A stretch of DNA of 64,000 nt from Bacteroidales bacterium (lineage in GTDB: Bacteria > Bacteroidota > Bacteroidia > Bacteroidales > UBA12077). The translations under genes were made by a program, and so were the position numbers. The notes under the pieces are model-generated. The model did not search any database. It was not told where the DNA came from and saw only the letters and a program-made list of their open reading frames with translations. The DNA lies in NCBI GenBank assembly GCA_050179935.1, contig JBFXEQ010000006.1:19863-83862 (forward strand). Direction: 5' to 3'. Below are positions 38,755 to 48,502 of this stretch, piece after piece (position 1 is the first letter of the stretch; every line of letters begins with the position of its first letter).

Positions 38755-39507
38755 TTAAACAGTAGCACCTTTCTTTAACCAATCGTAACCCTTTTCTTCG
38801 AGTTCCAAAGCCAGTTCTTTTCCTCCTGATTTAATAATTTTACCGTTATAAAGAACATGAACATAATCAGGAACAATATAATCGAGCAACCGCTGATAGT
38901 GAGTAATTACTATTGTTGCATTTTTAGGAGATTTAAGTTTATTAACTCCATTTGCTACAATTCGTAATGCATCAATATCGAGTCCGGAATCAGTTTCGTC
39001 TAATATAGCTAGCTTAGGTTCGAGCATGGCCATCTGAAAAATTTCGTTTCGTTTTTTTTCACCACCCGAAAAACCCTCGTTTACAGAACGGTTTGTTAAA
39101 TTGGAATCCAGCTCAACTAATTCTTTTTTCTCACGCATTAATTTTAAGAAATCGGACGAAGAAATAGGCTCCAATCCTTTATGTTTACGTTGTTCGTTTA
39201 TAGCCGTTTTCATAAAGTTGACCATACTCACTCCAGGTATTTCAATCGGATATTGAAACCCAAGAAATATTCCTTCGCTGGCTCTTTCTTCGGGCAATAG
39301 TTCAAGCAAATCATGGTCCAGGTAAGTTACTTTACCTTCAGTAACTGTAAATAAGTCTCTTCCGGCTAAAACAGAAGCCAAGGTACTTTTTCCTGATCCA
39401 TTAGGTCCCATAATTGCATGAACCTCTCCTTCTTTAACTTCAAGACTTATCCCTTTCAGGATTTCTTTATCTTCGATATTTGCGTGTAAATTTTTTATAC
39501 TTAACAT
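38755..39507 (-). CDS. sufC: Fe-S cluster assembly ATPase SufC
   Basis: 250 aa. Walker A GPNGSGKST, signature FSGGEKKR, Walker B LAILDETDSGLD. Confidence 0.95.
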   Translation of the reverse strand: MLSIKNLHANIEDKEILKGISLEVKEGEVHAIMGPNGSGKSTLASVLAGRDLFTVTEGKVTYLDHDLLELLPEERASEGIFLGFQYPIEIPGVSMVNFMKTAINEQRKHKGLEPISSSDFLKLMREKKELVELDSNLTNRSVNEGFSGGEKKRNEIFQMAMLEPKLAILDETDSGLDIDALRIVANGVNKLKSPKNATIVITHYQRLLDYIVPDYVHVLYNGKIIKSGGKELALELEEKGYDWLKKGATV

Positions 39508-39596
39508 AATCCAATATTTTTTATCTAGCCTAATATTTATCTTTCAACCTTTAACTTTTGTCTTTTTACTTGTATCCTTTATCTTTATTTACCCTA

Positions 39597-41048
39597 TTAC
39601 CCTACACTTCCTTCCAGACTAATCTGGAGTAGTTTTTGAGCCTCAACAGCAAACTCCATTGGCAATTTATTCAACACTTCTTTAGCGTATCCATTAACAA
39701 TTAATCCAATAGCATCTTCGGTTTTTATTCCTCTCTGATTACAATAGAAAATTTGGTCTTCACCAATTTTTGAAGTTGTAGCCTCATGTTCAACAATCGA
39801 ATCTTTATTATCGACTTCAATATAGGGAAAGGTATGAGCTCCGCACTTATCGCCAAGAAGCAAACTATCGCATTGCGAATAATTACGAGCATTTATAGCA
39901 TTTTTTGTAACCTTAACTAATCCACGGTAGCTGTTATTACTTAATCCTGCTGATATACCTTTTGAAACGATTGTGCTCTTTGTATTTTTACCAATATGGA
40001 TCATTTTCGTACCCGTATCGGCTTGTTGGTAGTTATTGGTTACGGCAACTGAATAAAACTCACCAACCGAATTATCGCCTAATAAAATACAGCTTGGATA
40101 TTTCCAAGTAACTGCCGATCCGGTTTCTACTTGTGTCCACGATATTTTCGAATTTTCGCCTACGCATTTTGCTCGTTTTGTTACAAAATTATAGATTCCC
40201 CCATTTCCGTTTTTATCACCAGGATACCAATTCTGAACAGTCGAATATTTAACATACGCATTATTATTTGCAATTATTTCAACAATGGCAGCATGAAGTT
40301 GATTCTCGTCTCTTCTCGGAGCAGTACAACCCTCGAGATAGCTAACATAAGCATCATCTTCGGCAACAATTAATGTCCGTTCAAATTGTCCTGTATTGGC
40401 AGCATTTATTCTAAAATAAGTCGAAAGTTCCATCGGGCAGCGAACACCTTTTGGTATATAACAAAACGATCCATCGCTAAATACGGCTGAATTTAATGCT
40501 GCAAAATAATTATCGGTATAAGGAACCACAGAACCCATGTACTTTTTAACCAGGTCGGGATGTTCCTGAACGGCTTCGCTAAATGAGCAGAAAATAATTC
40601 CAAGATCGGCTAACGTTTCTTTAAATGTTGTTTTCACCGAAACACTATCCATTACAGCATCAACAGCAATACCCGAAAGATGTTTTTGTTCGTCAAGTGA
40701 AATACCTAGTTTATCGAAAGTAGCTTTTAATTCAGGATCAATCTCATCAAGACTTTTGGGACCCGAAACTTTCTGCTTTGGAGCAGAATAAAATATAATA
40801 TCCTGATAGTTAATTTCAGGAATTTGCAGATGCGCCCACGTAGGCATTTTCATCGTTTGCCAGTAACGAAATGCTTTTAACCTAAAATCGAGCATAAACT
40901 CAGGTTCGTTTTTCTTTTGTGAGATTAATCGCACCACATCTTCACTCAGCCCTTTTGCTATCGATTCGCTTTCGATATCGGTTACAAATCCATACTTATA
41001 TTCATTCTGGGTAACTTCCTGTAATATTTTATCTTGATCTTTTTCCAT
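39597..41048 (-). CDS. sufB: Fe-S cluster assembly scaffold SufB
   Basis: 483 aa from the ATG at 41048; the track's TTG at 41066 adds 6 aa. Highly conserved SufB sequence (KYGF, CTAP, NWYPGD..., HEATTSKI). Confidence 0.93.
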   Translation of the reverse strand: MEKDQDKILQEVTQNEYKYGFVTDIESESIAKGLSEDVVRLISQKKNEPEFMLDFRLKAFRYWQTMKMPTWAHLQIPEINYQDIIFYSAPKQKVSGPKSLDEIDPELKATFDKLGISLDEQKHLSGIAVDAVMDSVSVKTTFKETLADLGIIFCSFSEAVQEHPDLVKKYMGSVVPYTDNYFAALNSAVFSDGSFCYIPKGVRCPMELSTYFRINAANTGQFERTLIVAEDDAYVSYLEGCTAPRRDENQLHAAIVEIIANNNAYVKYSTVQNWYPGDKNGNGGIYNFVTKRAKCVGENSKISWTQVETGSAVTWKYPSCILLGDNSVGEFYSVAVTNNYQQADTGTKMIHIGKNTKSTIVSKGISAGLSNNSYRGLVKVTKNAINARNYSQCDSLLLGDKCGAHTFPYIEVDNKDSIVEHEATTSKIGEDQIFYCNQRGIKTEDAIGLIVNGYAKEVLNKLPMEFAVEAQKLLQISLEGSVG

Positions 41049-41113
41049 AACTTTGCATTGTTGCAATGATAAACGAATTCGTCTATTTATTAAGATTAAT
41101 TCTAAATAGATTG

Positions 41114-41121
41114 CAAATATA
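41114..41121 (-). promoter_or_regulatory. candidate -7 box (TATATTTG on minus strand) for the suf operon
   Basis: Matches TAnnTTTG, 66 nt upstream of the sufB ATG. Confidence 0.3.
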
Positions 41122-41196
41122 TTACAAATCTAACAACAAAGATAACAAGTTTGTTTAATCTTGTTTTAATATGATATATATCAATTTTGTAAAAAA

Positions 41197-42237
41197 ATGA
41201 CAGAAAAAAAATACAGAGAAATAGCCGAATTAGGTGAGTTCGGATTAATTGATCACTTAACAAAAGGTATTCAATTAAAGCATTCGAGCACGTTGCATGG
41301 AGTTGGAGATGATGCCGCTGTTTTAAATTATGGGGATAAATTAATGGTAGTTACTACAGATCTTTTACTTGAAGGAATACATTTCAACCTAATTTATACT
41401 CCCTTAAAACATTTAGGATATAAGTCGGTAGTTGTTAATCTATCAGATGTATATTCAATGAATGCTATTCCTAAACAAATTACTGTTTCAATCGGAGTAT
41501 CAGGTAAATTTGCTGTTGAGCATCTCGATGAGTTATACGAAGGTATTAAGCTAGCTTGCGACACGTATAATGTTGATCTGGTAGGTGGTGATACTTCTTC
41601 GTCGTTAACCGGATTAGTGATAAGTATTACCGCTCTTGGCGAGGTTAATAAAGAAAAAGTTGCATTACGAAGTACCGCCCAAAAAAACGATATTATTTGT
41701 GTTACAGGAAACCTTGGTGCTGCCTATATGGGATTGCAATTGCTCGAACGCGAAAAAGAGGTTTTTAAATCATCAAATGGCGCTCAGCCAAATCTCGATG
41801 GTTATGATTATATTTTGCAACGTCAGCTTAAACCAGAGGCTCGCAAAGATGTAATTGATCTGCTTACCGAGTTAAATGTTGTTCCAACTTCCATGATCGA
41901 TATTTCTGATGGGTTGTCATCTGAGATGCTTCATATTTGTAAAAAATCAGATGTAGGATGCAAAATTTTTCAAGATAAAATTCCAATTGATCTGAATACC
42001 GAAAAAATGGCTCGTGAATTTAATTTGGAACCATTGATTGCAGCATTAAATGGAGGCGAGGACTATGAACTCCTTTTTACTGTGAGCACTAACGATTTTG
42101 AAAAAATTAAAAATCAGCCACTTATTCATCCTATCGGACATATTACCGATAGAGAAAATGGAACAGTTCTAATATCATCAAGCGGACATACAATAGAGCT
42201 TCAAGCACAAGGCTGGAATCCATTAAAAAAGAAGTAA
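41197..42237 (+). CDS. thiL: thiamine-monophosphate kinase
   Basis: 346 aa. GEFGLIDHL, GVGDDAAVL and an AIR-synthase-like fold (GGDTSSS). Confidence 0.9.
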   Translation: MTEKKYREIAELGEFGLIDHLTKGIQLKHSSTLHGVGDDAAVLNYGDKLMVVTTDLLLEGIHFNLIYTPLKHLGYKSVVVNLSDVYSMNAIPKQITVSIGVSGKFAVEHLDELYEGIKLACDTYNVDLVGGDTSSSLTGLVISITALGEVNKEKVALRSTAQKNDIICVTGNLGAAYMGLQLLEREKEVFKSSNGAQPNLDGYDYILQRQLKPEARKDVIDLLTELNVVPTSMIDISDGLSSEMLHICKKSDVGCKIFQDKIPIDLNTEKMAREFNLEPLIAALNGGEDYELLFTVSTNDFEKIKNQPLIHPIGHITDRENGTVLISSSGHTIELQAQGWNPLKKK

Positions 42238-42240
42238 AAA

Positions 42241-42268
42241 AAATCCGAAGTTTTCTTCGGATTTTTCT
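42241..42268. terminator. bidirectional intrinsic terminator between thiL and the transglutaminase-like gene
   Basis: Stem AAATCCGAAG / CTTCGGATTT with loop TTTT. A-run upstream and T-run downstream. Confidence 0.75.
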
Positions 42269-42273
42269 TAATA

Positions 42274-44886
42274 CTATTTTTCTAATTTCTTTATTGTTTT
42301 TATAAGCTGCTCACCTATACCTATCTGATAACCTTCTGAAAGATAATAAACCTTATTATTCTGTACCACAATAAATAACGGCAAATCTACCTTTTCGGTT
42401 TTAAATGATTGCAGAATTTTAAAATCATCATCAGCCAGTAATTGTATTGTTGAAGGTAAGTTATAAATAGTAATTATCTTATTACTAACACTTTCTGAGT
42501 TTCCCAGTAAAAACATTTTACAATTCATTTTATTAAAAATATCTGTAATAGCACCGATATCTTTCAACGTATGCTTTGTTGGTTCTTTTTCGGCATCAAT
42601 CCATCCAAAAATAACTATTTCATCTACATTAATTTGAATTGATTTTTTATCAATTGTCTTGAGTTTGTTTGGCACATTAAAATCTGCTATCTGCTTTAAT
42701 GGTTCGGCATTTTTTCTAATTTGCAATACAATCTCTTTTTTTTCATTGTTAGAAAGATTAAAAAACTGGAGACTTGTTAAAACGCTTCCATCAGCCTGTC
42801 TGTTCCCTGTAAGTAACATATACGATCCTGCTTCTAATTCAATCTCTTTAGGTATATTTTTAAACGGTGTTTCCCAACCATAATCAAGCGTGTTGTATTT
42901 ACCCTTCTCAAATTTCGAAAGAGCATAATGAATTCTGTATAAAGGGGCTAATTCGTTCTCTGCACTATTTATGAGTGTTATTATGCCAGTTCCTTTGTTT
43001 TCATATGAAGTAAGTTGTTCAAAATTTACATCAATCCATTTTTTATTATAGTATTGTGGAACCTTTGTAGCTGGCTCTAAACGTGAAGGTATTCCAAAAC
43101 TCCGACATACTGCTACAAAAAATAAATCGCGCGAATACTTATCTGCTACTCTAAGTTCGTAAACTCCTTTCGCTGTAATGGGTACGTTATAGTAATTCGC
43201 TTTATTATCAATATTTATTTCGGTATTTATCCATTTAACTAAAAAATGAATATCCTGCTTTGTTTTATTGATGAAATCTTCGCCAAATGCCTGTTGCAAA
43301 AAGGGTTTGTAATCAATCAGTTTTTCGTTTTCAATGCGTGGGTTCATTACATATTTAACAAAAAGATCATTGTTTTGCTCAGGAAGGTTTCCGGCATAGG
43401 TAAATGAATGATTTAAATGCGACAATAGAATTTCAGATTCAGTATCTCGTAAGTCTTTTTGGGCTATTGTGTTAAGTACTGGAATTATATATGTCTTATT
43501 TGTACCTGATGATGCAGTTATAAAATCGGCTATTTCAGCATGATTTCCACGGCTTTTTTGAATAAATTCATATATTATAAAGGTATCAAGATTTGTTTTT
43601 ATTGCCAGATCAAACGATTGAATCTTGCTTAGAAAGGTAGCCGCATAAGCTTCACGGATTTCGTCTTCACGTTTAAGTCGTTCCTTATTTAAGGCAGCAC
43701 CCTCGGAAGGAACAGTTTTTGGTTCTTTAGCTATCGGAGGAATAATATCATAAAACTCTGTATATTCTTTCCTCTGTTGCGGTTGAAGCTTTAATACAAC
43801 AGTATCGGTTTGCTCAACTGTAATTTTCTGATAAGCAAAATCATCATCTTTATATGCCCAAATAATTAAATCCCCAAAACCAGTCATTAAAGAAGCCAGG
43901 CCATTTTGATCAACCTGTTTTTTTGCTATCGGATAAAACTCTGCATAATTATATAATTGAAACTCGACTGTTGCATTGTTTACTATTTCATTGTTTTCAT
44001 TTATCACTTTGGCGTAAATTGTTTTTACCGGAGCATAATTGCTAAGCATATTAACATTTGTAAACCGATCTTCTTTAAGGATAATCTCTTCGGAGCCATT
44101 GTATTTTCCAAAAACAGTTGAATTTACGAGCATTGCTCTTAAAGCAGGAGCCGAGAACCACGCCATATCAAGATCGGGCTCGGGTTCACAAGCACCGATA
44201 AAATGCCAACTTCCATCAACCCAAACCTCAACCCATGCGTGGTTATCATCAGAGTGCGCCCAGCGTGGTGTATAGCATTGTCGTGCAGGAATACCTGCAG
44301 CTCGCATTGCTGTTACCGTAAATGTTGATTCCTCGCCGCAACGGCCAAATGTTGATTTTACAGCACCAAGCGGAGAGATAGTACGTTCATCGGTTGGCTG
44401 GTAGTTTACTTTTTCGTGACACCAATGATTTACCTCTAAAATGGCTTGTTTTAAATCCATCCCTTTTAAACGAGTACTTAATTCGTTATAAAAAACAACT
44501 CTTGCTGTATCGAGGTTTTCGTTATTTACGCGATAAGGCAAAACAAAATGTCTGAAAATATCTTCGGGTATCTGTTTACCCCACGAAAAAGTTTCTTTAG
44601 TCTTAAATGCTAATCGAACATTTCTTAAATAGAACTCACCATCATAATCGGCCAGATCGCTTAATGGCATATAAGCATACAAAAACATGAGTGCTTCCTT
44701 CTCTTCGAGGGTGATGTCTGAATTAAAAACTGAAAAAAGAGCTGATTCCCTTTCCTTAGCTAGATTTTTTACTTTTTCAAAGTCGTTTTTTACTATCTCG
44801 AGGTAAGCTTTATCGTTTATAAAATGCGATTGTTCTGTGCAGCTAATTACAAATATCGCCACAAGGATTAAAAGTAATTGTTTCAT
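42274..44886 (-). CDS. transglutaminase-like (peptide-N-glycanase-type cysteine protease fold) lipoprotein
   Basis: 870 aa with lipobox LVAIFVISC. Transglutaminase core GRCGEESTFTVTAMRAAGIPARQ...HAWVEVWVDGSWHF. The start lies 3 nt after the cutC stop. Confidence 0.75.
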   Translation of the reverse strand: MKQLLLILVAIFVISCTEQSHFINDKAYLEIVKNDFEKVKNLAKERESALFSVFNSDITLEEKEALMFLYAYMPLSDLADYDGEFYLRNVRLAFKTKETFSWGKQIPEDIFRHFVLPYRVNNENLDTARVVFYNELSTRLKGMDLKQAILEVNHWCHEKVNYQPTDERTISPLGAVKSTFGRCGEESTFTVTAMRAAGIPARQCYTPRWAHSDDNHAWVEVWVDGSWHFIGACEPEPDLDMAWFSAPALRAMLVNSTVFGKYNGSEEIILKEDRFTNVNMLSNYAPVKTIYAKVINENNEIVNNATVEFQLYNYAEFYPIAKKQVDQNGLASLMTGFGDLIIWAYKDDDFAYQKITVEQTDTVVLKLQPQQRKEYTEFYDIIPPIAKEPKTVPSEGAALNKERLKREDEIREAYAATFLSKIQSFDLAIKTNLDTFIIYEFIQKSRGNHAEIADFITASSGTNKTYIIPVLNTIAQKDLRDTESEILLSHLNHSFTYAGNLPEQNNDLFVKYVMNPRIENEKLIDYKPFLQQAFGEDFINKTKQDIHFLVKWINTEINIDNKANYYNVPITAKGVYELRVADKYSRDLFFVAVCRSFGIPSRLEPATKVPQYYNKKWIDVNFEQLTSYENKGTGIITLINSAENELAPLYRIHYALSKFEKGKYNTLDYGWETPFKNIPKEIELEAGSYMLLTGNRQADGSVLTSLQFFNLSNNEKKEIVLQIRKNAEPLKQIADFNVPNKLKTIDKKSIQINVDEIVIFGWIDAEKEPTKHTLKDIGAITDIFNKMNCKMFLLGNSESVSNKIITIYNLPSTIQLLADDDFKILQSFKTEKVDLPLFIVVQNNKVYYLSEGYQIGIGEQLIKTIKKLEK

Positions 44887-44888
44887 AT

Positions 44889-45647
44889 TCAGCTATTTTT
44901 CAGATTATTTAAGATTTCCATTGTTTTTTTAACTCGCTCTGAATCGGTTATCAGAGTTTCAAATTCGTTTTGGATAGTCGATGCACCCATGCTCACCCCC
45001 TGTTTTCTATATTCCATATTACTCTTTACTGCTTTTCTCAGTGAAGCGTGAAATTCAACAGCTCCGGTTTTATGATAAATTTCTTCTATATTCGATTCGT
45101 CAATACCGCTTCCGGGCATTATTATAATTCGTTTATTCGCTTTAATATTCAACTTTTTTATAAGCTCAGCACCCATAATTGCCTTGTTTTGCTGCCCCGA
45201 AGTTAAAATCCTTGAACAACCACATTCGATAATATCTTCCATGCTTTTGAAAGGATCAACTGTTACATCAAAGGCTCTGTGAAACGTAAACTTCAAAGGT
45301 TTTGACAACTCAACCAATTGCTTTGTTCGCACTAAATCAACTGATCCGTTAGGTAATAAACAACCACAAACGATTCCATCAACTCCAAGTTCTTTAGCAA
45401 TCTTAATGTCGTTACACATGATTTCAAATTCACGTTCTGAATAAAGAAAATCACCTCCTCGCGGCCGAATAATAATATTTAGATCAATTGAAAGCTCCTT
45501 TCGGGCTTGTTGAATCGCTCCAAAAGAAGGAGTAGTTCCTCCCTCGTTTATATTGTCGCATAACTCAACACGTTGAGCCCCGCCAGCTTGAGCTACAATT
45601 GCTGATGCTACCGAATTGGCACAAATCTCAAGAATAAACTTGCTCAT
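44889..45647 (-). CDS. cutC: CutC-family protein
   Basis: 252 aa. LEICANSVASAIVAQAGGAQRVELCDNINEGGTTPSFG is the typical CutC N-terminus. Confidence 0.88.
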   Translation of the reverse strand: MSKFILEICANSVASAIVAQAGGAQRVELCDNINEGGTTPSFGAIQQARKELSIDLNIIIRPRGGDFLYSEREFEIMCNDIKIAKELGVDGIVCGCLLPNGSVDLVRTKQLVELSKPLKFTFHRAFDVTVDPFKSMEDIIECGCSRILTSGQQNKAIMGAELIKKLNIKANKRIIIMPGSGIDESNIEEIYHKTGAVEFHASLRKAVKSNMEYRKQGVSMGASTIQNEFETLITDSERVKKTMEILNNLKNS

Positions 45648-45801
45648 AACTGCATTAAATAGATTGATAAAATTAAGGAAGAATTATATATATCGACATT
45701 TATTTTATTTCTTTTTTCGGAAAGTGTTAAAACTAAGCTAAATTTGTTTTACCAGACTTTCTTTTCTGGTTTGCTTAACTAAACTTTTTAATAAATTCAT
45801 T

Positions 45802-46047
45802 ATGAAAAACATTAGCTTGTATTATGTTGCCATTTTAGCTCCTTTGCTTTTTATTTTCTGGCTTTCAATAACCGATCGCCAAATATGGTTTGCTATTGTA
45901 TTATTAGTTTATGCCATTCCATACAGAGCTTTAGTAGATGGAGCAAGACTTGTAAGCAAAAATCTCATAAAATGGCCTGATGTATGGAAACTGATAATTC
46001 CCGGAAAGAAAATTGAATATACACGAGAACTTTATGTGGAAAAATAA
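45802..46047 (+). CDS. small membrane protein, hypothetical
   Basis: 81 aa with two predicted TM helices. First gene of a plus-strand trio that ends at the 47322 terminator. Confidence 0.45.
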   Translation: MKNISLYYVAILAPLLFIFWLSITDRQIWFAIVLLVYAIPYRALVDGARLVSKNLIKWPDVWKLIIPGKKIEYTRELYVEK

Positions 46048-46120
46048 TTCCGATTCGCTTTTTTGAAAATCCTTTTATTCTAATTACATTTAATTGATAT
46101 TTAAACTAGTCTAAACATCT

Positions 46121-47032
46121 ATGTTTAATAAAAAAACACTAAACATCTACGCCTTTATTGTAGGCGCCTTATTTATTATCTCGGGTGTAGGTAAGGTTAT
46201 CGACACCGCTTCATTTAGCCAGCTAATTACACAATATGGGTTGGGTGTATTTAAAATGCTGTCGCCAATTATAATCTTAGCCGAGATTTTGTTAGGTTTG
46301 TTTCTGATTTTTACTATTTATCCAAAACAGAGCTCATTCATTTCATTTCTAATGCTAATTGTTTTTACCATAGCTTTTGCTTATGCATATTTTGCTAAGG
46401 GAATAACAAACTGTGGATGTTTTGGTACCTTAAAACACACCTCAATGCCTCCTGCCATTTCTTTTATTCGCAACTTTATATTGATTTTTTTAACGTTAAT
46501 AATTTGGATAAAATACCCAAAAGAAAAAACAGAAACCGAAGACTGGAAGAACTATTTTATTTTGGGTGTTATGTGCGTTGCTATTTTTGTTTCAGGATAT
46601 ACTTTTAGGATACCTGTTTTTACAAAACCCAGCCAGATCAACGAACGCTACTTAAACAAACCGGTGAAAGAAACAGATTTATCAAAATTTGTAAGCACGT
46701 CGAAAGATAGTTCTTATTTGGTTTTTATATTTTCGTATACCTGTCCGCATTGTGTCAATTCGATCGAAAATTTACTTGCCTACAAAAAATCAAACACTGT
46801 TGATCAGATATTAGGTCTTGCAACTGGTTCTGAAGAAGATAAAATTGCATTTTACCAGAACTTTACGCTTGATTTTCCTGTAAAAGAAATTTCGTCTAAA
46901 ACTGTAAAATCGATGGTTAATGGCGTACCTGCAGCTTTCTTTATAAAAAACGACACTATATATAATGTAATTCCTGGCTCACTACCCTCTCATGTTTTAT
47001 TTAAAAAACATATAAAAAGAAATGAACTGTAA
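46121..47032 (+). CDS. MauE/DoxX-like membrane domain fused to a thioredoxin-fold domain (CPHC)
   Basis: 303 aa. About 5 TM helices carry the CGCFG motif (GITNCGCFGTL) characteristic of MauE/DoxX redox-associated membrane proteins. A Trx fold follows (LVFIFSYTCPHCVNS, cis-Pro loop GVPAAFFI). Confidence 0.7.
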   Translation: MFNKKTLNIYAFIVGALFIISGVGKVIDTASFSQLITQYGLGVFKMLSPIIILAEILLGLFLIFTIYPKQSSFISFLMLIVFTIAFAYAYFAKGITNCGCFGTLKHTSMPPAISFIRNFILIFLTLIIWIKYPKEKTETEDWKNYFILGVMCVAIFVSGYTFRIPVFTKPSQINERYLNKPVKETDLSKFVSTSKDSSYLVFIFSYTCPHCVNSIENLLAYKKSNTVDQILGLATGSEEDKIAFYQNFTLDFPVKEISSKTVKSMVNGVPAAFFIKNDTIYNVIPGSLPSHVLFKKHIKRNEL

Positions 47033-47081
47033 TACTTAAAACAGTTAAAATGAAAAAAACATTTTTACCAAAGTTGTTCCA

Positions 47082-47315
47082 TTGGGTATTGGATTAACAC
47101 TTACCATTATAACATTAATGGCTGTTTTATCTACTTCGGTTGGTAGTTGCAACATTGAGCATTGCACTGATCCCGATTATCCTTTATATTGTTCTTCTGC
47201 AGACAAATGTTGTCCTGGTGATCATCCTTATACTGATGGACATGGAAGCTGCTACGAAACTTTAGATGGATGCAGAACATCCGGATATTCATGTGAACAT
47301 TGCTGGGAAGAATAA
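47082..47315 (+). CDS. small secreted/lipidated cysteine-rich protein (9 Cys, 4 His)
   Basis: 77 aa from a TTG start. The hydrophobic signal ends in the lipobox-like VGSC. The mature ~55 aa contain 8 further Cys (CNIEHC...YC...CC...SC...GC...SCEHC). A strong terminator follows directly. An ATG at 47050 would join in frame after a 1-nt indel. Confidence 0.55.
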   Translation: MGIGLTLTIITLMAVLSTSVGSCNIEHCTDPDYPLYCSSADKCCPGDHPYTDGHGSCYETLDGCRTSGYSCEHCWEE

Positions 47316-47321
47316 AACTAG

Positions 47322-47350
47322 AAGATCCGATTTTCATCGGATCTTTTTTA
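47322..47350. terminator. intrinsic terminator after the Cys-rich ORF (abuts the trpS stop)
   Basis: Stem AAGATCCGAT / ATCGGATCTT with loop TTTC, followed by TTTT. Confidence 0.8.
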
Positions 47351-48340
47351 TTAAAAATGTTTAAACCCTATTATTTCTCTCACATCCTTTACTGTTTTTG
47401 ATGCACTCATTCTTGCTTTCTCTGCTCCCATCCTGGCTACCTTTCTTAAATATTCGTCATTTGATGAAATTTCTATAATTCGTTCTCGTATCGGACTCGT
47501 AAAATTAATAATATCTTCGGCTAGCTGCTTTTTAAGATCACCATAACGAATTTCACAGTTATTATATTTTTCCAGAAAAAATGTATAGGTATCAGGTTTT
47601 GAAACTACTTTAAGAATGGAAAATATATTCTTTATTGGTTCTGCCATCTCTTGATTTTTGGCTGTTGGACCACTATCGGTTACAGCTCTCATAACCTTTT
47701 TCTGAATTTCTTTTGGATCATCAAACAAAAAAATCCCATTACCTTCGGATTTACCCATCTTACCTGTTCCATCTAAACCTGGAATCTTAATTAGCTGTTC
47801 GCCAAAATTATACGCACTTGGTTCGTTAAAGTAATTTACGCCATACAGTTGATTAAATCGACGAGCAAACTTACGAGTCATTTCCAAATGCTGCTCCTGA
47901 TCTTTTCCTACCGGAACTTTATGTGCATTATGCAAAAGAATATCTGAAGCCATTAAAACAGCATAGGTTAGCAAACCAGCATTTATGTTTTCTGATTGCT
48001 GACGGGCTTTTTCTTTAAATGTTGTTGTACGCTCAAGCTCTCCAAGATATGCATTCATATTCATCAGCAAATACAACTCAGCAACCTCGGGCACATCGCT
48101 CTGAATATATATTGTTGCAGCCTCAGGATCGAGCCCTGCAGCAAGATACTCTGACAAAACTTGTCGTACATTACCCTGCAGATCAGCTGGTTTTGGATGT
48201 GTTGTTAACGAATGGTAATCGGCTATAAAAAAGAAACAATTATTTTCGTGTTGCATCTTTACAAAGTTTTGTAATGCCCCAAAATAATTGCCCAAATGTA
48301 AATTACCAGTTGGCCTGATTCCACTTAATACCGTTTCCAT
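47351..48340 (-). CDS. trpS: tryptophan--tRNA ligase
   Basis: 329 aa. Class I motifs are present: HIGH-like (TGNLHLGNY) and KMSKS-like (KMGKSEGN). Confidence 0.93.
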   Translation of the reverse strand: METVLSGIRPTGNLHLGNYFGALQNFVKMQHENNCFFFIADYHSLTTHPKPADLQGNVRQVLSEYLAAGLDPEAATIYIQSDVPEVAELYLLMNMNAYLGELERTTTFKEKARQQSENINAGLLTYAVLMASDILLHNAHKVPVGKDQEQHLEMTRKFARRFNQLYGVNYFNEPSAYNFGEQLIKIPGLDGTGKMGKSEGNGIFLFDDPKEIQKKVMRAVTDSGPTAKNQEMAEPIKNIFSILKVVSKPDTYTFFLEKYNNCEIRYGDLKKQLAEDIINFTSPIRERIIEISSNDEYLRKVARMGAEKARMSASKTVKDVREIIGFKHF

Positions 48341-48361
48341 ATCTTGATATTTGTAAAGCTA

Positions 48362-48369
48362 CAAAAGTA
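48362..48369 (-). promoter_or_regulatory. candidate -7 box (TACTTTTG on minus strand) for trpS
   Basis: Matches TAnnTTTG, 22 nt upstream of the trpS ATG. Confidence 0.3.
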
Positions 48370-48473
48370 AAAAATGTTAAGTAAAAATGGTTATTTATCA
48401 ATTTTATTTACCGGGATTTTAACTTAACACAACATAATATGAGTAAAAACTCTTTAAATATAAAATGAAATTA

Positions 48474-48481
48474 TAATTTTG
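48474..48481 (+). promoter_or_regulatory. candidate -7 box (TAATTTTG) for the 48503 gene
   Basis: Matches TAnnTTTG, 22 nt upstream of the ATG. Confidence 0.3.
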
Positions 48482-48502
48482 CATCAGTAAACTTTACTCG
48501 CT

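Noticed and set aside
44889-45647. cutC as support for a copper-binding role of the nearby Cys/His-rich mini-protein
   Set aside because: cutC is on the opposite strand in a different operon, separated by a 154-nt gap and another gene. The copper function of CutC is itself doubtful.
47050-47097. 15-codon upstream ORF (MKKTFLPKLFHWVLD) as a regulatory leader peptide for the Cys-rich gene
   Set aside because: A single-nt change in the A7 or T5 run joins this ATG to the Cys-rich frame and creates a canonical signal peptide. An indel, phase variation or TTG start explains the layout better than a leader peptide.
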